This document shows positions 24,100 to 35,539 of a stretch of 64,000 bases of DNA, piece by piece. The position numbers and the translations under genes were made by a program. How positions within the stretch are numbered: position 1 is the first letter of the stretch; each line of letters begins with the position of its first letter. The notes under the pieces are model-generated. The model was not told where the DNA came from. It saw only the letters and a list, made by a program, of their open reading frames with translations, and made no database searches. This stretch comes from Okamejei kenojei (Eukaryota): the NCBI GenBank assembly GCA_035221665.1, contig CM069160.1, positions 8,556,001 to 8,620,000 on the forward strand, in the 5' to 3' direction.

Positions 24100-25950
24100 T
24101 TTGTGGATCCGGGAGGTGTATAACATACGTGTGTTAATATTTGAGTGGTAGCTTGCCAAGCTTATTGTCAAAAAGTTCCATAAACTGAGCGGGAATTTGT
24201 TCAGTGGATTCTTGGGTGGGGGAAAGTTGGTGCACCTCTTCTGCTATGACTATCAATCCCGTATCCAGGCAGGCATCAATACCAAGTCGAATCGTTACCT
24301 TGCCTGAAACAATAAAAAAAAAAGTTCCTTGCCTTGCGTGAAACAAAAAAAACAGCTTGTGGGCATTAATATGAATAAATATGAATAAAACAGCTTGTGG
24401 GCATTAATATATATTGTAAATAGCTGGGGTCCCAGCACTGAGCCCTGCGGTACCCCACTAGTTACTGCCTGCCATTGTGAGTAGGAGTAAACGGGTCCTT
24501 TTCACAATGGCAGGCAGTAACTAGTGGGGTACCGCAGGGCTCAGTGCTGGGACCCCAGCTATTTACAATATATATTAATGATCTGGATGAGGGAATTGAA
24601 GGCAATATCTCCAAGTTTGCGGATGACACTAAGCTGGGTGGCAGTGTTCGCTGTGAGGAGGATGCTAGGAGACTGCAAGGTGACTTGGATAGGCTGGGTG
24701 AGTGGGCAAATGTTTGGCAGATGCAGTATAATGTGGATAAATGTGAGGTTATCCACTCTGGTGGCAAAAACAGGAAAGCAGACTATTATTTAAATGGTGG
24801 CCGATTAGGAAAAGGGGAGATGCAGCGAGACCTGGGTGTCATGGTACACCAGTCATTGAAAGTAGGCATGCAGGTGCAGCAGGCAGTGAAAAAAGCGAAT
24901 GGTATGTTAGCTTTCATAGCAAAAGGATTTGAGTACAGGAGCAGGGAGGTTCTACTTCAGTTGTACAGGGTCTTGGTGAGACCACACCTGGAGTATTGCG
25001 TACAGTTTTGGTCTCCAAATCTGAGGAAGGACATTATTGCCATAGAGGGAGTGCAGAGAAGGTTCACCAGACTGATTCCTGGGATGTCAGGACTGTCTTA
25101 TGAAGAAAGACTGGATAGACTCGGTTTATACTCTCTGGAATTTAGGAGATTGAGAGGGGATCTTATAGAAACTTACAAAATTCTTAAGGGGTTGGACAGG
25201 CTAGATGCAGGGAGATTGTTCCCGATGTTGGGGAAGTCCAGGACAAGGGGTCACAGCTTAAGGATAAGGGGGAAATCCTTTAAGACCGAGATGAGAAAGA
25301 CTTTTTTCACACAGAGAGTGGTGAGTCTCTGGAACTCTCTGCCACAGAGGGTAGTTGAGGCCAGTTCATTGGCTATATTTAAGAGTGAGTTGGATGTGGC
25401 CCTTGTGGCTAAGGGGATCAGAGGGTATGGAGAGAAGGCAGGTACGGGATACTGAGTTGGATGATCAGCCATGATCATATTGAATGGCGGTGCAGGCTCG
25501 AAGGGCTGAATGGCCTACTCCTGCACCTAATTTCTATGTTTCTATGTTTCTATGTGTCGCCAGATGGCGCTGAAGGTCAACCCTGCCAACTGGGCGAACC
25601 TCTCATCCCCCAAACGGAATTAATGCAGCTTTCGTGTTTACGACAGTTGCAGTGTTCTTGACCCTGGAAAACTCAGCCAGAGACATAATATTACTGCGAG
25701 TTCCAGTGTCGATCTTTGCCACAGCTGTAGTGTTGTTGATTGGAAATGTAACTTCTCGATCGCTTAGCTTACATGTAATCTCGGATAGAGAATGTATTTT
25801 TAGGCTGGAAGTGTCAGGATCCGACATATTCTCACAAGATGCGACACGGCTTGAGCTGGATTGGACAGGCCGTCGGAAATATCTTGCTGGGGCAGATTTG
25901 CCTGCTGTCTGGGTTCTGAGCAGATCTACAGTGATCACTGACACAAACCA
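24100..25950 (-). mobile_element. Ty3/Gypsy pol relic (aspartic protease region) split by a CR1 insertion
   Basis: AKIDTGTRSNIMS...LIPFGG at 25603-25760 continues after the CR1 as FFIVSG...LGIDACLDTGLI...FDNKLGKLP at 24134-24346. Confidence 0.7.
24481..25555 (+). mobile_element. CR1 LINE (family B), 5'-truncated with fold-back 5' end
   Basis: ORF 24544-25455 (FADD RT and C-terminus) and tail (TTTCTATG)n. Near-identical to 47176-47820. Confidence 0.95.
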
Positions 25951-26166
25951 GTTATGTAATTCCCACAAAAAGCTGGAGAAGCTCAGCGGGTGCAGCAGCA
26001 TCTAAGGAGCGAAGGAGATAGCGTCTCATTGTCTGTAACTTGCTGTAATTGTTATATGGTTATATGGTTATATGGTTATATGGTTATATAGGCGACTTTT
26101 CGGGTCTCATTGTCTGTAACGTGCTGTAATTGTTATATGGTTATATGGTTATATGGTTATATAGGC

Positions 26167-26194
26167 GACGTTTCGGGTCGAGACCCTTCTTCAG
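26167..26194 (-). ncRNA. Minimal hammerhead-ribozyme-like motif in a Penelope-type terminal repeat (many degenerate copies across the window)
   Basis: Minus strand CUGAAGA-A-GGGUC-UC-GACCC-GAAA-CG-UC: core boxes, stem II, palindromic ACGU in place of stem III and a GUC triplet. Confidence 0.6.
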
Positions 26195-27388
26195 ACTGGT
26201 CAGGGATCAGGGAAACGAGAGATATAGACGGTGATGTGGAGAGATAAAGAACAATGAATGAAAGATATGCAAAAAAGTATCGATGATAAAGGGAGCCCTG
26301 CCTTGTCATTATATGAATATTGATTTCTCTAACTTCAAGTAAACCTTGCATCCCCTCTTTCTCCATTACTCCCCCTCTCAAGTCGTACCAGCTTCAAGGT
26401 CGTCTTGTTGCGTCCTCATTGTCTGTAACTTGTTTTCATCCAGCACAGCTAACATTGGCCTGTTCCCCTTTTCATCATTACGTTTCTGCATATCTTTCAT
26501 TCATTTGTTCTATATCTCACTACATCGCCATCTATATATCTCATCCCCCCTTCCCCTGACCCTCACTCTGAAGAAGGGACTCGACCCGAAATGCCACTTC
26601 TTCCTTTTCTCCAGAGATGCTATCTGACCTTCTGAGCTAGTCCAGCTTTTTCTGACTTTCCCCAGTTTACATTTGCCTGCCTCTCTGTTTATGATAATCA
26701 CATTTACCTTCAGCCACCTTTCTCCTTTACATAAGTTCATGTTTTTCTCACTGGTTATGTGAGACACATATTCTATTACAATGCATATTCAAGGCACGAT
26801 TCATACATAGAAACGACAAACTGCAGATGTTGGTTTGCATAAACGTGCTGGAGTAACCCAGCTGTTCAGACAGCATCTCTGGAGAACATAACTAGTTGAC
26901 GTTTTGTGGTGGGACCCTTCTTCAGACTCCTCACAAAAGTAGTCATAAAGGGCTGGAGTAACTCAGCGGGTAAGGCAGTATGTCTGGAGGACATGAAAAG
27001 GCAACATTTTGGGTAGGGAGCCTTCTTCAGACTAATTATGGGGAGGGGGGGGCGGGAAACCAGGGAAGAAAGTTAGAAGAGTGGCGGAGCTGGATAAAGC
27101 TTGACATCCTCTGTTTAAATGTAACTACGTCACTTTCAGACACAATGTAAAACCCCATCACATTATGAACACTCTTCCCCATACGCCCACTTTACAGAAA
27201 GATTATCAAGTAACCCCTTTTTATTTCAGAAACAAGGCCTAAAATTATAATTTATCTGGGTTTGTCTTCCAGTTGATCCATATACACTGGACAATTATGG
27301 GGCGACATGGTGTAGCGGTAGAGTTGCTGCCTCACAGCGCCAGAGACCCAGGTTTGAACCTGACCCTGGATACTGTCTGTCTGGAAGT

Positions 27389-30188
27389 TTTTGTCTCCTA
27401 ATTTGAGGAAGGACAGCCTTGTGATTGAGGCAGTGCAGCGTAGGTTCACGAGATTGATCCCTTGGGATGGCGGGACAGACATATGAGGAAAGATTGAAGA
27501 CTAGGCTTGTAGTCACTGGAGTTTTGAAGGATGAGGAGGGATCTTTTAGAAACATATACAATTATAAATATGCATTCAATATAATTATGGAGAGAGTCAG
27601 AACTGGACCTAGGGTGGAGATTTTTGATTGGAGAAAGGCTAACTTTGAGGGAATGCGTAAGGATTTTAAAGGAGTGAATTGGGACACTTTGTTTCATGGG
27701 AAGGATGTAGAAGAGAAATGGAGGACATTTAAAGGGGAAATTGTAAGAGTACAGAATCTTTATGTCCCTGTTAGGTTGAAAGGAAATAGTAAAAATTGGA
27801 AAGAGCCATTGTTTTCAAGGGAAATTGGACACTTGTTTCGAAAAAAGAGAGATATCTACAATAATTATAGGAGGCATGGAGTAAATGAGGTGCTAGAGGA
27901 GTATAAAGAATGTAAAAAGAATCTTAAGAAAGAAATTAGGAAGGCTAAAAGAAGATATGAGGTTGCTTTGGCAAGAAAGGTGAAAGTAAACCCAAAGAGT
28001 TTCTACAGCTATATTAATAGCAAAAGGATAACAAGGGATAAAATTGGACCATTAGAGAACCAGAATGGACAGCTATCTGCAGAGCCAAAAGAGATGGGGG
28101 AGATATTTAACAATTTCTTTTCTTCGGTATTCACCAAGGAGAAGGATATTGAACTCGGTGAGTTAAGGGGAAAAAGTAGAGTAGCTATGGAAACTATGAG
28201 ATTCAAAGAGGAGGAAGTACTGACACTTTTGAAAAATATAAAAGTGGATAAGTCTCCAGGTCCTGACAGGATATTCCCTAGGACATTGAGGGAAGTTAGT
28301 GTAGAAATAGCAGGAGCTATGACAGAAATATTTCAAATGTCATTAGAAACGGGAATAGTGCCGGAGTATTGGCGTACTGCGCATGTTGTTCCATTGTTTA
28401 AAAAGGGTTCAAAGAATAAACCTAGCAATTATAGACCTATTAGTTTGACGTCAGTGGTGGGCAAATTAATGGAAAGGATACTTAGAGATAATATATATAA
28501 GCATCTGGATAAACAGGGTCTGATCAGGAACAGTCAACATGGATTTGTGCCTGGAAGGTCATGTTTGACAAACCTTCTTGAATTTTTTGAAGCGGTAACT
28601 AGGGAAATTGATGAGGGTAAAGCAGTGGATGTTGTCTATATGGATTTCAGTAAGGCCTTTGACAAGGTTCCCCATGGAAGGTTGGTTAAGAAGGTTCAAT
28701 CTTTGGGTGTTAATGGCGGAGTAGCAAGATGGATTCAACAGTGGCTGAATGGGAGATGTCAGAGAGTAATGGTGGATGACTGTTTGTCAGGTTGGAAGCC
28801 GGTGACCAGTGGGGTGCCTCAGGGATCTGTGTTGGGTCCACTGTTGTTCGTTATGACATCAATGATCTGGATGATGGGGTGGAAAATTGGATAAGTAAGT
28901 ATGCAGATGATACTAAGATAGGTGGTGTTGTGGATAATGAAGTCGATTTTCAAAGTCTACAGAGAGATTTGGGCCATTTGGAAAAGTGGGCTGAAAGATG
29001 GCAGATGGAGTTTAATGCTGATAAGTGTGAAGTGCTACATCTTGGCAGGACTAATCAAAATAGGACGTACATGGTAAATGGTAGGGAATTGAGGAATGCT
29101 GTGGAACAGAGGGATCTAGGAATAACTGCATAGTTCCCTGAAGGTGGAATCGCATGTAGATAGGATGGTAAAGAAAGCCTTTGGTGTGCTGGCCTTTATA
29201 AATCAGAGCATTGAATATAGGAGTAGGGAAGTAATGTTAAAATTGTATAAGGCATTGGTAAGACCAATTCTGGAGTATGGTGTACAATTTTGGTCGCCTA
29301 GTTATAGGAAGGATGTCAACAAAATAGAGAGAGTACAGAGGAGATTTACTAGAATGTTGCCAGGGTTCCAGCAACTATGTTACAGAGAAAGGTTGAACAA
29401 GTTAGGTCTTTATTCTTTGGAGCGCAGAAGGTTAAGGGGGGACTTGATTGAGGTCTTTAAAATGATGAAAGGGATAGACAGAGTTGACATGGATACGTTT
29501 TTCCCATTGAGGGTAGGGAAGATTCAAACAAGAGGGCATGACATGAGAATTAAGGGACAGAGGTTTCGGGGTAACGTGAGGGGGAACTTCTTTACTCAGA
29601 GGGTGGTGGCTGTGTGGAATCAGCTTCCAGCAGAAGTGGTGGAGGCAGGATCGATTTTAACATTTAAGAGTAAAGTGGATAGGTATATGGACGTGAAGGG
29701 AATGGAGGGGTATGGTCTGAGTGCAGGTAGATGGGACTAGGGGAAAACAAATGGTCGGCACGGACTGGAAGGGCCGAGAGGGCCTGTTTCCGTGCTGTAA
29801 TTGTTTTCTGGTTATATGGTTATAAAAGGACTGGACAAGCTAGATGCAGGAAAAATGTTCCCAATGTTGGGTGAGTCCAGAACCAGGGGCCACACTTAGA
29901 ATAAAGGGAAGCCATTTAAGACTGAGATGAGAAAAAACGTTGTCACCCAGGGAGTTGTGTATCTGTGGAATTCCCTGCCACAGAGGGCAGTGGAGGCCAA
30001 ATCACTGGATGGATCTAACAGAGAGTTAGATAGAGCTCTAGGGGCAAATGGAATCAAGGAATATGGGGAGAAGGCAGGCACGGGATATTGATAGTGGACG
30101 ATCAGCCATGATCACAATGAATGGCGGTGCTGGCTCGAAGGGCCGAATGGCCTCCTCCTGCATCTATTTTTGTACGTTTCTATGTTTC
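27389..30188 (+). mobile_element. Older CR1 3' fragment (27389-27568 + 29821-30188) inserted in a V-SINE and itself split by CR1-A
   Basis: The sequence is continuous across the inner insertion at TATAAA|...|TATAAA. SINE halves lie at 27300-27388 and 30189-30396. Confidence 0.85.
27573..29820 (+). mobile_element. CR1 LINE (family A), ~2.2 kb ORF2 3' part, frameshifted
   Basis: ORFs 27467-28894, 28792-29133 and 29144-29740 contain KSPGPD, NYRPISLTS, QHGF, DFSKAFD and YADD. Tail TATATGGT. Confidence 0.95.
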
Positions 30189-30916
30189 TGTACATTCTCC
30201 GTGTGACCACGTGGATTTCCTCAGGGTGCTCCGGTTTCCTCCCATATTGAGACTAAAAGGCTTGTAGATTAATAGATTTGAGTAAAGTGTCTCTGGTGTG
30301 GATGATAAAACTTGTGTATGGGAGATCGCTGGTCGACACGGACACGTGACCCAAAGGGCCTGTTTCCATGAGGTATCTCTAAAGTAAACTAAACTACACT
30401 CTCCTGTTGGTTCACGAGTCAAGAGTGATTTGTAGTCATATTTCCCAGGCAGAACAATGACATTCTTATTTGCAACAGCACAACATTTCCCCATGTTGAT
30501 CCAGAAAAAAAATCTCATATACATTGCACAGGTTGTCCCTTCACTGCTAATTCAGTCAAAGTGCAGTTTAAGTTTTTGCCATGTACATAACTATGTAACT
30601 CCTGTTTACACATTAAAAAAAAAAATTATTCATGTCCAGTGTTACAAACACAATTCGGATCATATAAATAAATCCTAACAATATTAAATCCAACCAACAT
30701 CTCTATTGTTAACTTGGAACATGACCACCAGATGGCGCCAGCAATGGCTGCCTCGCCAACAGTCTGTCTGCCCCTTCCTTCTAAGTTGTTTCAATAGTAC
30801 GTGTTAAATGTATGCTTTTAGTGTTCTTTAGTTTGTTTTATGGGGGGGGGGGGGGATTGGGCGAAACTTTTTTTAATCTCTTAACTGGATGGAGATGCAA
30901 TCTTTTTCCGTATTGT

Positions 30917-31186
30917 ATAAGGGACAGAAGTTTTGGGGTAACGTGAGTGGGAACTTCTTTACTCAGAGGGTGGTGGCTGTGTGGAATGAGCTTCCAGCAG
31001 AAGTGGTGGAGGCAGGATCGATTTTAACATTTAAGAGCAAAGTGGATAGGTATATGGACGTGAAGGGAATGGAGAGGTATGGTCTGAGTGCAGGTAGATG
31101 GGACTAGGGGAAAACAAATGGTCGGCACGGACTGGAAGGGCCGAGAGGGCCTGTTTCCGTGCTGTAATTGTTATATGGTTATATGG
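30917..31186 (+). mobile_element. CR1 family A 3' end fragment
   Basis: GNFFTQRVVAVWNELP...GRWD* followed by the 3'UTR and TATATGGT tail. Confidence 0.9.
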
Positions 31187-31736
31187 TATCTCCGTCCGTG
31201 CTGTGGCCTAACATCGAGGAGTTGGTGGCCTTTGCTGGAGACCGAATTTGCAAGCTCCAGCCGTGGGAGTCTGCGGACATATCATCCCGAAGCTCGCGAT
31301 CCCTTTGCCAGGGATTGACCTCGGAGCTCCAATCGCGGGAGCCTGCAGACTTTAACATTGTGGCGCTCGCGGTCCCTGGTTAGAGACCGACTTCGGGAGC
31401 TCCAAGCCGCAGGAGCTTCGACCACCCCGACACGGGAGCTTCGTCATGCCGCGTGGGATCTTCGATCGCCCCGACCGCGGGAGAATAAAGAGGAAGAAAG
31501 ATTGGACTTTATTGCCTTCCATCACAGTGAGGAATGTGCGGAATCCGCTGTAGTGGATGTTTATGCTAACCTTGATGTAGTTGTGTGTCTTGTTGCTTTT
31601 TTTGCATGGCTGTATAGTAATGTGCATATTACTCTACCTTAATCGGTACACGAGACAATAAATGACCTTTGAAACATTTGAAGCACTGATTCTAACTGGG
31701 CGTGCAGGGTGGCGCATCTGTAGAGTTGCTGCCTTA

Positions 31737-32017
31737 TGCCCCTGTCCCACTTAGGAAACCTGACGGAAACCTCTGGAGACTTTGTGCCCCACCCAAGGTT
31801 TCCGTGCGGTTCCTGGAGGTTTTTTTTTATCAGTCTCCCTTAGGTCGAAAGTGGTTTCCGTTTTAAAAATCGGTAATTATTTAGCCGAAGCCGGTTGCGA
31901 TGCTAGTTGAAGGTGGTTGCCGGAGGACAAAAACCTCCGGGAACCGCACGGAAACCTTGGGTGGGGCGCAAAGTCTCCAGAGGTTTCTGTTCAGGTTTCC
32001 TAAGTGGGACAGGGGCA
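31737..32017. mobile_element. PIF/Harbinger-like MITE inserted in a V-SINE
   Basis: ~90-bp imperfect TIRs (TGCCCCTGTCCCACTTAGGAAACCTG.../...CAGGTTTCCTAAGTGGGACAGGGGCA) with TTA TSD at 31734-31736 and 32018-32020. Confidence 0.85.
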
Positions 32018-32269
32018 TTACAGTGCCAGTGTCCCGGGTTCGATCCTGATTACTATGGAGTTTGTATGTTCTCCCCTTGCGTGGGTTTTCTCTGGTATCT
32101 CCAGTTTCCTCCCACATGCCAAAGACGAACAAGTTTGTAGGTTAATTAGCTTGGTAAAATTGTAAATTGTCCCCAGTGTATGTAGGGTAGTGTTAATGTG
32201 CGCAAATCGCTGGTCAGTGCAGACTCGGTGTGCCGAAGGTCCTGTTTCTCTAAATGAAACTAAACTAAA

Positions 32270-32750
32270 CATCGCCTTCCGCAGAGACCATGCCCTCTGC
32301 AACTCCCTGGTTAACCCATCCCCTCCCATCCAAACCACCCCCTCCCCAGGTACCTTCTCCTACAACCGCAGAAGATGCAATACCTGACCCTGTACCTCCT
32401 CCCTCGACTCTATCCAGGGACCCCGACAGTCCTTTCATATTCGGCAGAGGTTCACTTGTCCCTCCTCCAACCTCATCTACTGTATCCGATGTTCAAGATG
32501 CGGACTCCCACATCAGTGAGATTATCCCCCACCAAAGTCACACCAGCTTCTCGTTTTCATCCAACAAACAGTTATCATCATCACTTTTTTGCATGCTTTC
32601 ATTCATTGTTCTTTATCAATACACCATCGTCAATATCTCTAGTTTCCTTATCCCTAACTAGTCTGAAGTGTCTCTCGCTGAGTTACTCCAACTTTTTGTG
32701 CTTATCTTTGGTTTTAACCGGCATCTGCAGTTCCTTCATACCCATTTAAA
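32270..32750 (+). mobile_element. Penelope-like element relic (linker/GIY-YIG plus terminal repeat); another relic on minus at ~51550-51700
   Basis: IAFRRDHALCNSLV...GTFSYNRRRCNT, followed by SSNLIYCIRCSRCGL. Confidence 0.75.
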
Positions 32751-33138
32751 GCAAACTAAACCAAACCCTATGTTATGATCTATAATCCGATCATTTCTCA
32801 CCATTTTACTGATGTCCTTTTTAATATCGATGCACCACCTCCCCATTCCTCCAACCTCTTCTTCCTCTCGGTGCAACACCCTTATGAATACAGACGTAAG
32901 TTCTGTACTGGCATTGAGATCATACCCATTTTATGTTTTGCTATTAATTTGCTCACTTAGTTAAGCATTTAGTTAAGAGTCACGAGTATTTAATTGTCAT
33001 ACGTAGAGAAATGGAACAAGGATATTCTCACTTGCAGCAACAGAACAGGTCTGTGAACATGGCACTCAATAGGTAATGTAATAAAAACAAACATGGAAAG
33101 GAAGCTCAGTAGATTTAAAAAAATATTAGTGTCAATAT

Positions 33139-33715
33139 ACAATAGACAATAGGTGCAGGAGTAGGGTATTAGGCCCTTCGAGCCAGCACCGCCATTCTAT
33201 ATGATCATGGCCGATCATCTCCAATCAGTACCCCATTCCTACCTTCTCCCCATATCCCCTGACTAAGCTATTTTTAAGAGCACTATCTAGCTCTCCCTTG
33301 AAAGCATCCAGAGATCTTGCCCCCACCGTCCTCTGAGACAGAGAATTCCACAGACTCACCACTCTCTGTGAGAAAAAGTGTTTCCTCGTCTCCGTTCTAA
33401 ATGGCTTACTCCTTATTCTTAAACTGTGGCCCCTGGTTCTGGTCTCCCCCAACATCCGGAACATGTTTCTTGCCTCTAGCGTGTCCAAGCCCTTAACAAT
33501 CTTATATGTTTCAATGAGATCCCCGCTCATCCTTCTAAACTCCAAAGTGTACGAGCCCAGCTGCTCCATTATCTCAGCATATGACAGTCCCTCCACCCCG
33601 CGAATTAACCTTGTAAACCTATGCTGCACTCCCTCAATAGCAAGAATGTCCTTCCTCAAATTAGGGACCAAAACTGCACACAATACTCCAGGTGTGGTCT
33701 CACTAGGGCTCTGTG
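33139..33715 (-). mobile_element. CR1 3' fragment (family D, tail ATTGTCT)
   Basis: ORF 33225-33722 encodes the CR1 C-terminus. Confidence 0.9.
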
Positions 33716-35539
33716 CAAACAAAATAGAAACCCTGATTCAAACAAGACAGATCGTAGTTTTAAGTGTAGTTGGCAGTGTTCAATAGCCTGATGGTGTTGG
33801 GAAGAAGCTGTACGTGAACCTGGAGGTCATGGTTTTAACACTCCTATACCTTCTCACCAAGGGAAGGAGTGAAATGAGAGCATGGCCAGGGGTGCATTTT
33901 AGTAGCAGCACCTACCTACCATTGGTTTCCTGCGATGGTGGGGAGGTCAGCATCTGTGATGGAGTGGGCAGTGTCTCCTTTGTTCCTGGGCTAAGGATGC
34001 TGCCCTTGCAGACATTGAGGAAGTGTGTCCACACATACAGTGGGATATACATCGGCCACATGAGAATTGGCGGGTGGGGTTTAATCCGAGCAAGTGTGAG
34101 GTGTTGCACTTTGGGAGGTCGAATACCCCAGAATCTATCGCAATAAATCAGTGCCACCCCAAGTTTGCTGAGTTCAACATGACTCAGATGTGCATCCAGA
34201 CCATCGGGTTCTAAGGTGAAAATGTCTTTCTTTAATGGCCCACCCACAATGTAAGAGTCCCTTGGCACCAAACTGAAGGGTCACCCAAGAATCCAATCTT
34301 AGGTGGCCATTCAGGGAATGGAAGGAATAGATTAGTTTAACCTGGTTTGGTACAGACATTCCTGTCATACGGTCATAAGGAATAGTAGAATTAGGCCATT
34401 CTGTCCAACAAGTCTATCCGCCATTCAATCATGGCTGATCTATCCCTCCCTCTTAACCCCCTTCTCCCCATAACCTCTGACACCTGTACTAAACAGGAAT
34501 CGATCTATATCAGCCTTAACAATATCCACTACCTTGGCCTCTACAGCCTTCAGTGGTGTCGAATTTCACAGATTCACGACCCTTTGACGAATGAAGTACT
34601 GTTCTTTGCTCAATGCAAATACCTGGCCTGCTCAGTCACACATATATAAAACCATTAGTCAGTGTGGGAACGGTGAAGAAATGGGAGCTTATTGCCACCA
34701 GGCGGCAGCCAGCACACTGCCCCAACACAATCACAGATAGAACAGGCAGTGACAAACATCACTTGTGGAATTTTAGAAGTGGCGCTGCAGCAGATTTGCT
34801 GCCTTACAGCACAAGAGGCATGGGTTCAATCCTGACTATGAGTGCTGTCTGTACGGAGTTTGTACGTTCTGCCTGTGACCACGTGGGTTTTCTCTGGGTG
34901 CTCCGGTTTCCTCCCACACTCCAAAGACGTACACATTTTTCGGGTAATTGGCTTGGAATAATTGTAAAATTGTCCCCAGTGTGTGTAGGTTCGTGTACGG
35001 GGTGTTCACTGGTCGGGGTGGACTCGATGGGACGTAGGGCCTGTTTTCCCGTTGTATTTCCAGATTGAAGTCACCCACCCTGCGTCGTTATGTTCTACAG
35101 CAGAAGCAGTGATAGTAACACAGACGTGCACCTCTCATAATGAAGTACTGATCCCAACACATCTCTCTATCCCACTCCCATCCCATCACATAGTACTGAT
35201 CCCAAACACATCCGGGTGGCAAGGAGGAGCAGCGGTAGAGTTGCTGCCTTACAGCGTCGGAGACCCCAGTTCGATCCTGACTATGGGTGCTGTCTGTATG
35301 GAGTTTGTGCGTTCTGACCTGCGTGGGTTTCCTCTGAGATCTTCGGTTTGTTCCCACACTCCAAAGCTGTACAGGTTTGCAGGTTAAATGGCTTGAGATA
35401 ATTGTAAATTGTCCCTAGTGTGTGTAGGGTAGTGTTAATGTGCTGTGATAGCTGGTCAGTGCAGACTCAGTGGGCCGAAGGGCCTGTTTCCGTACTGTGC
35501 CTCTAAACTAAAATAAAACAAAACATCCCTCTATCGGGG

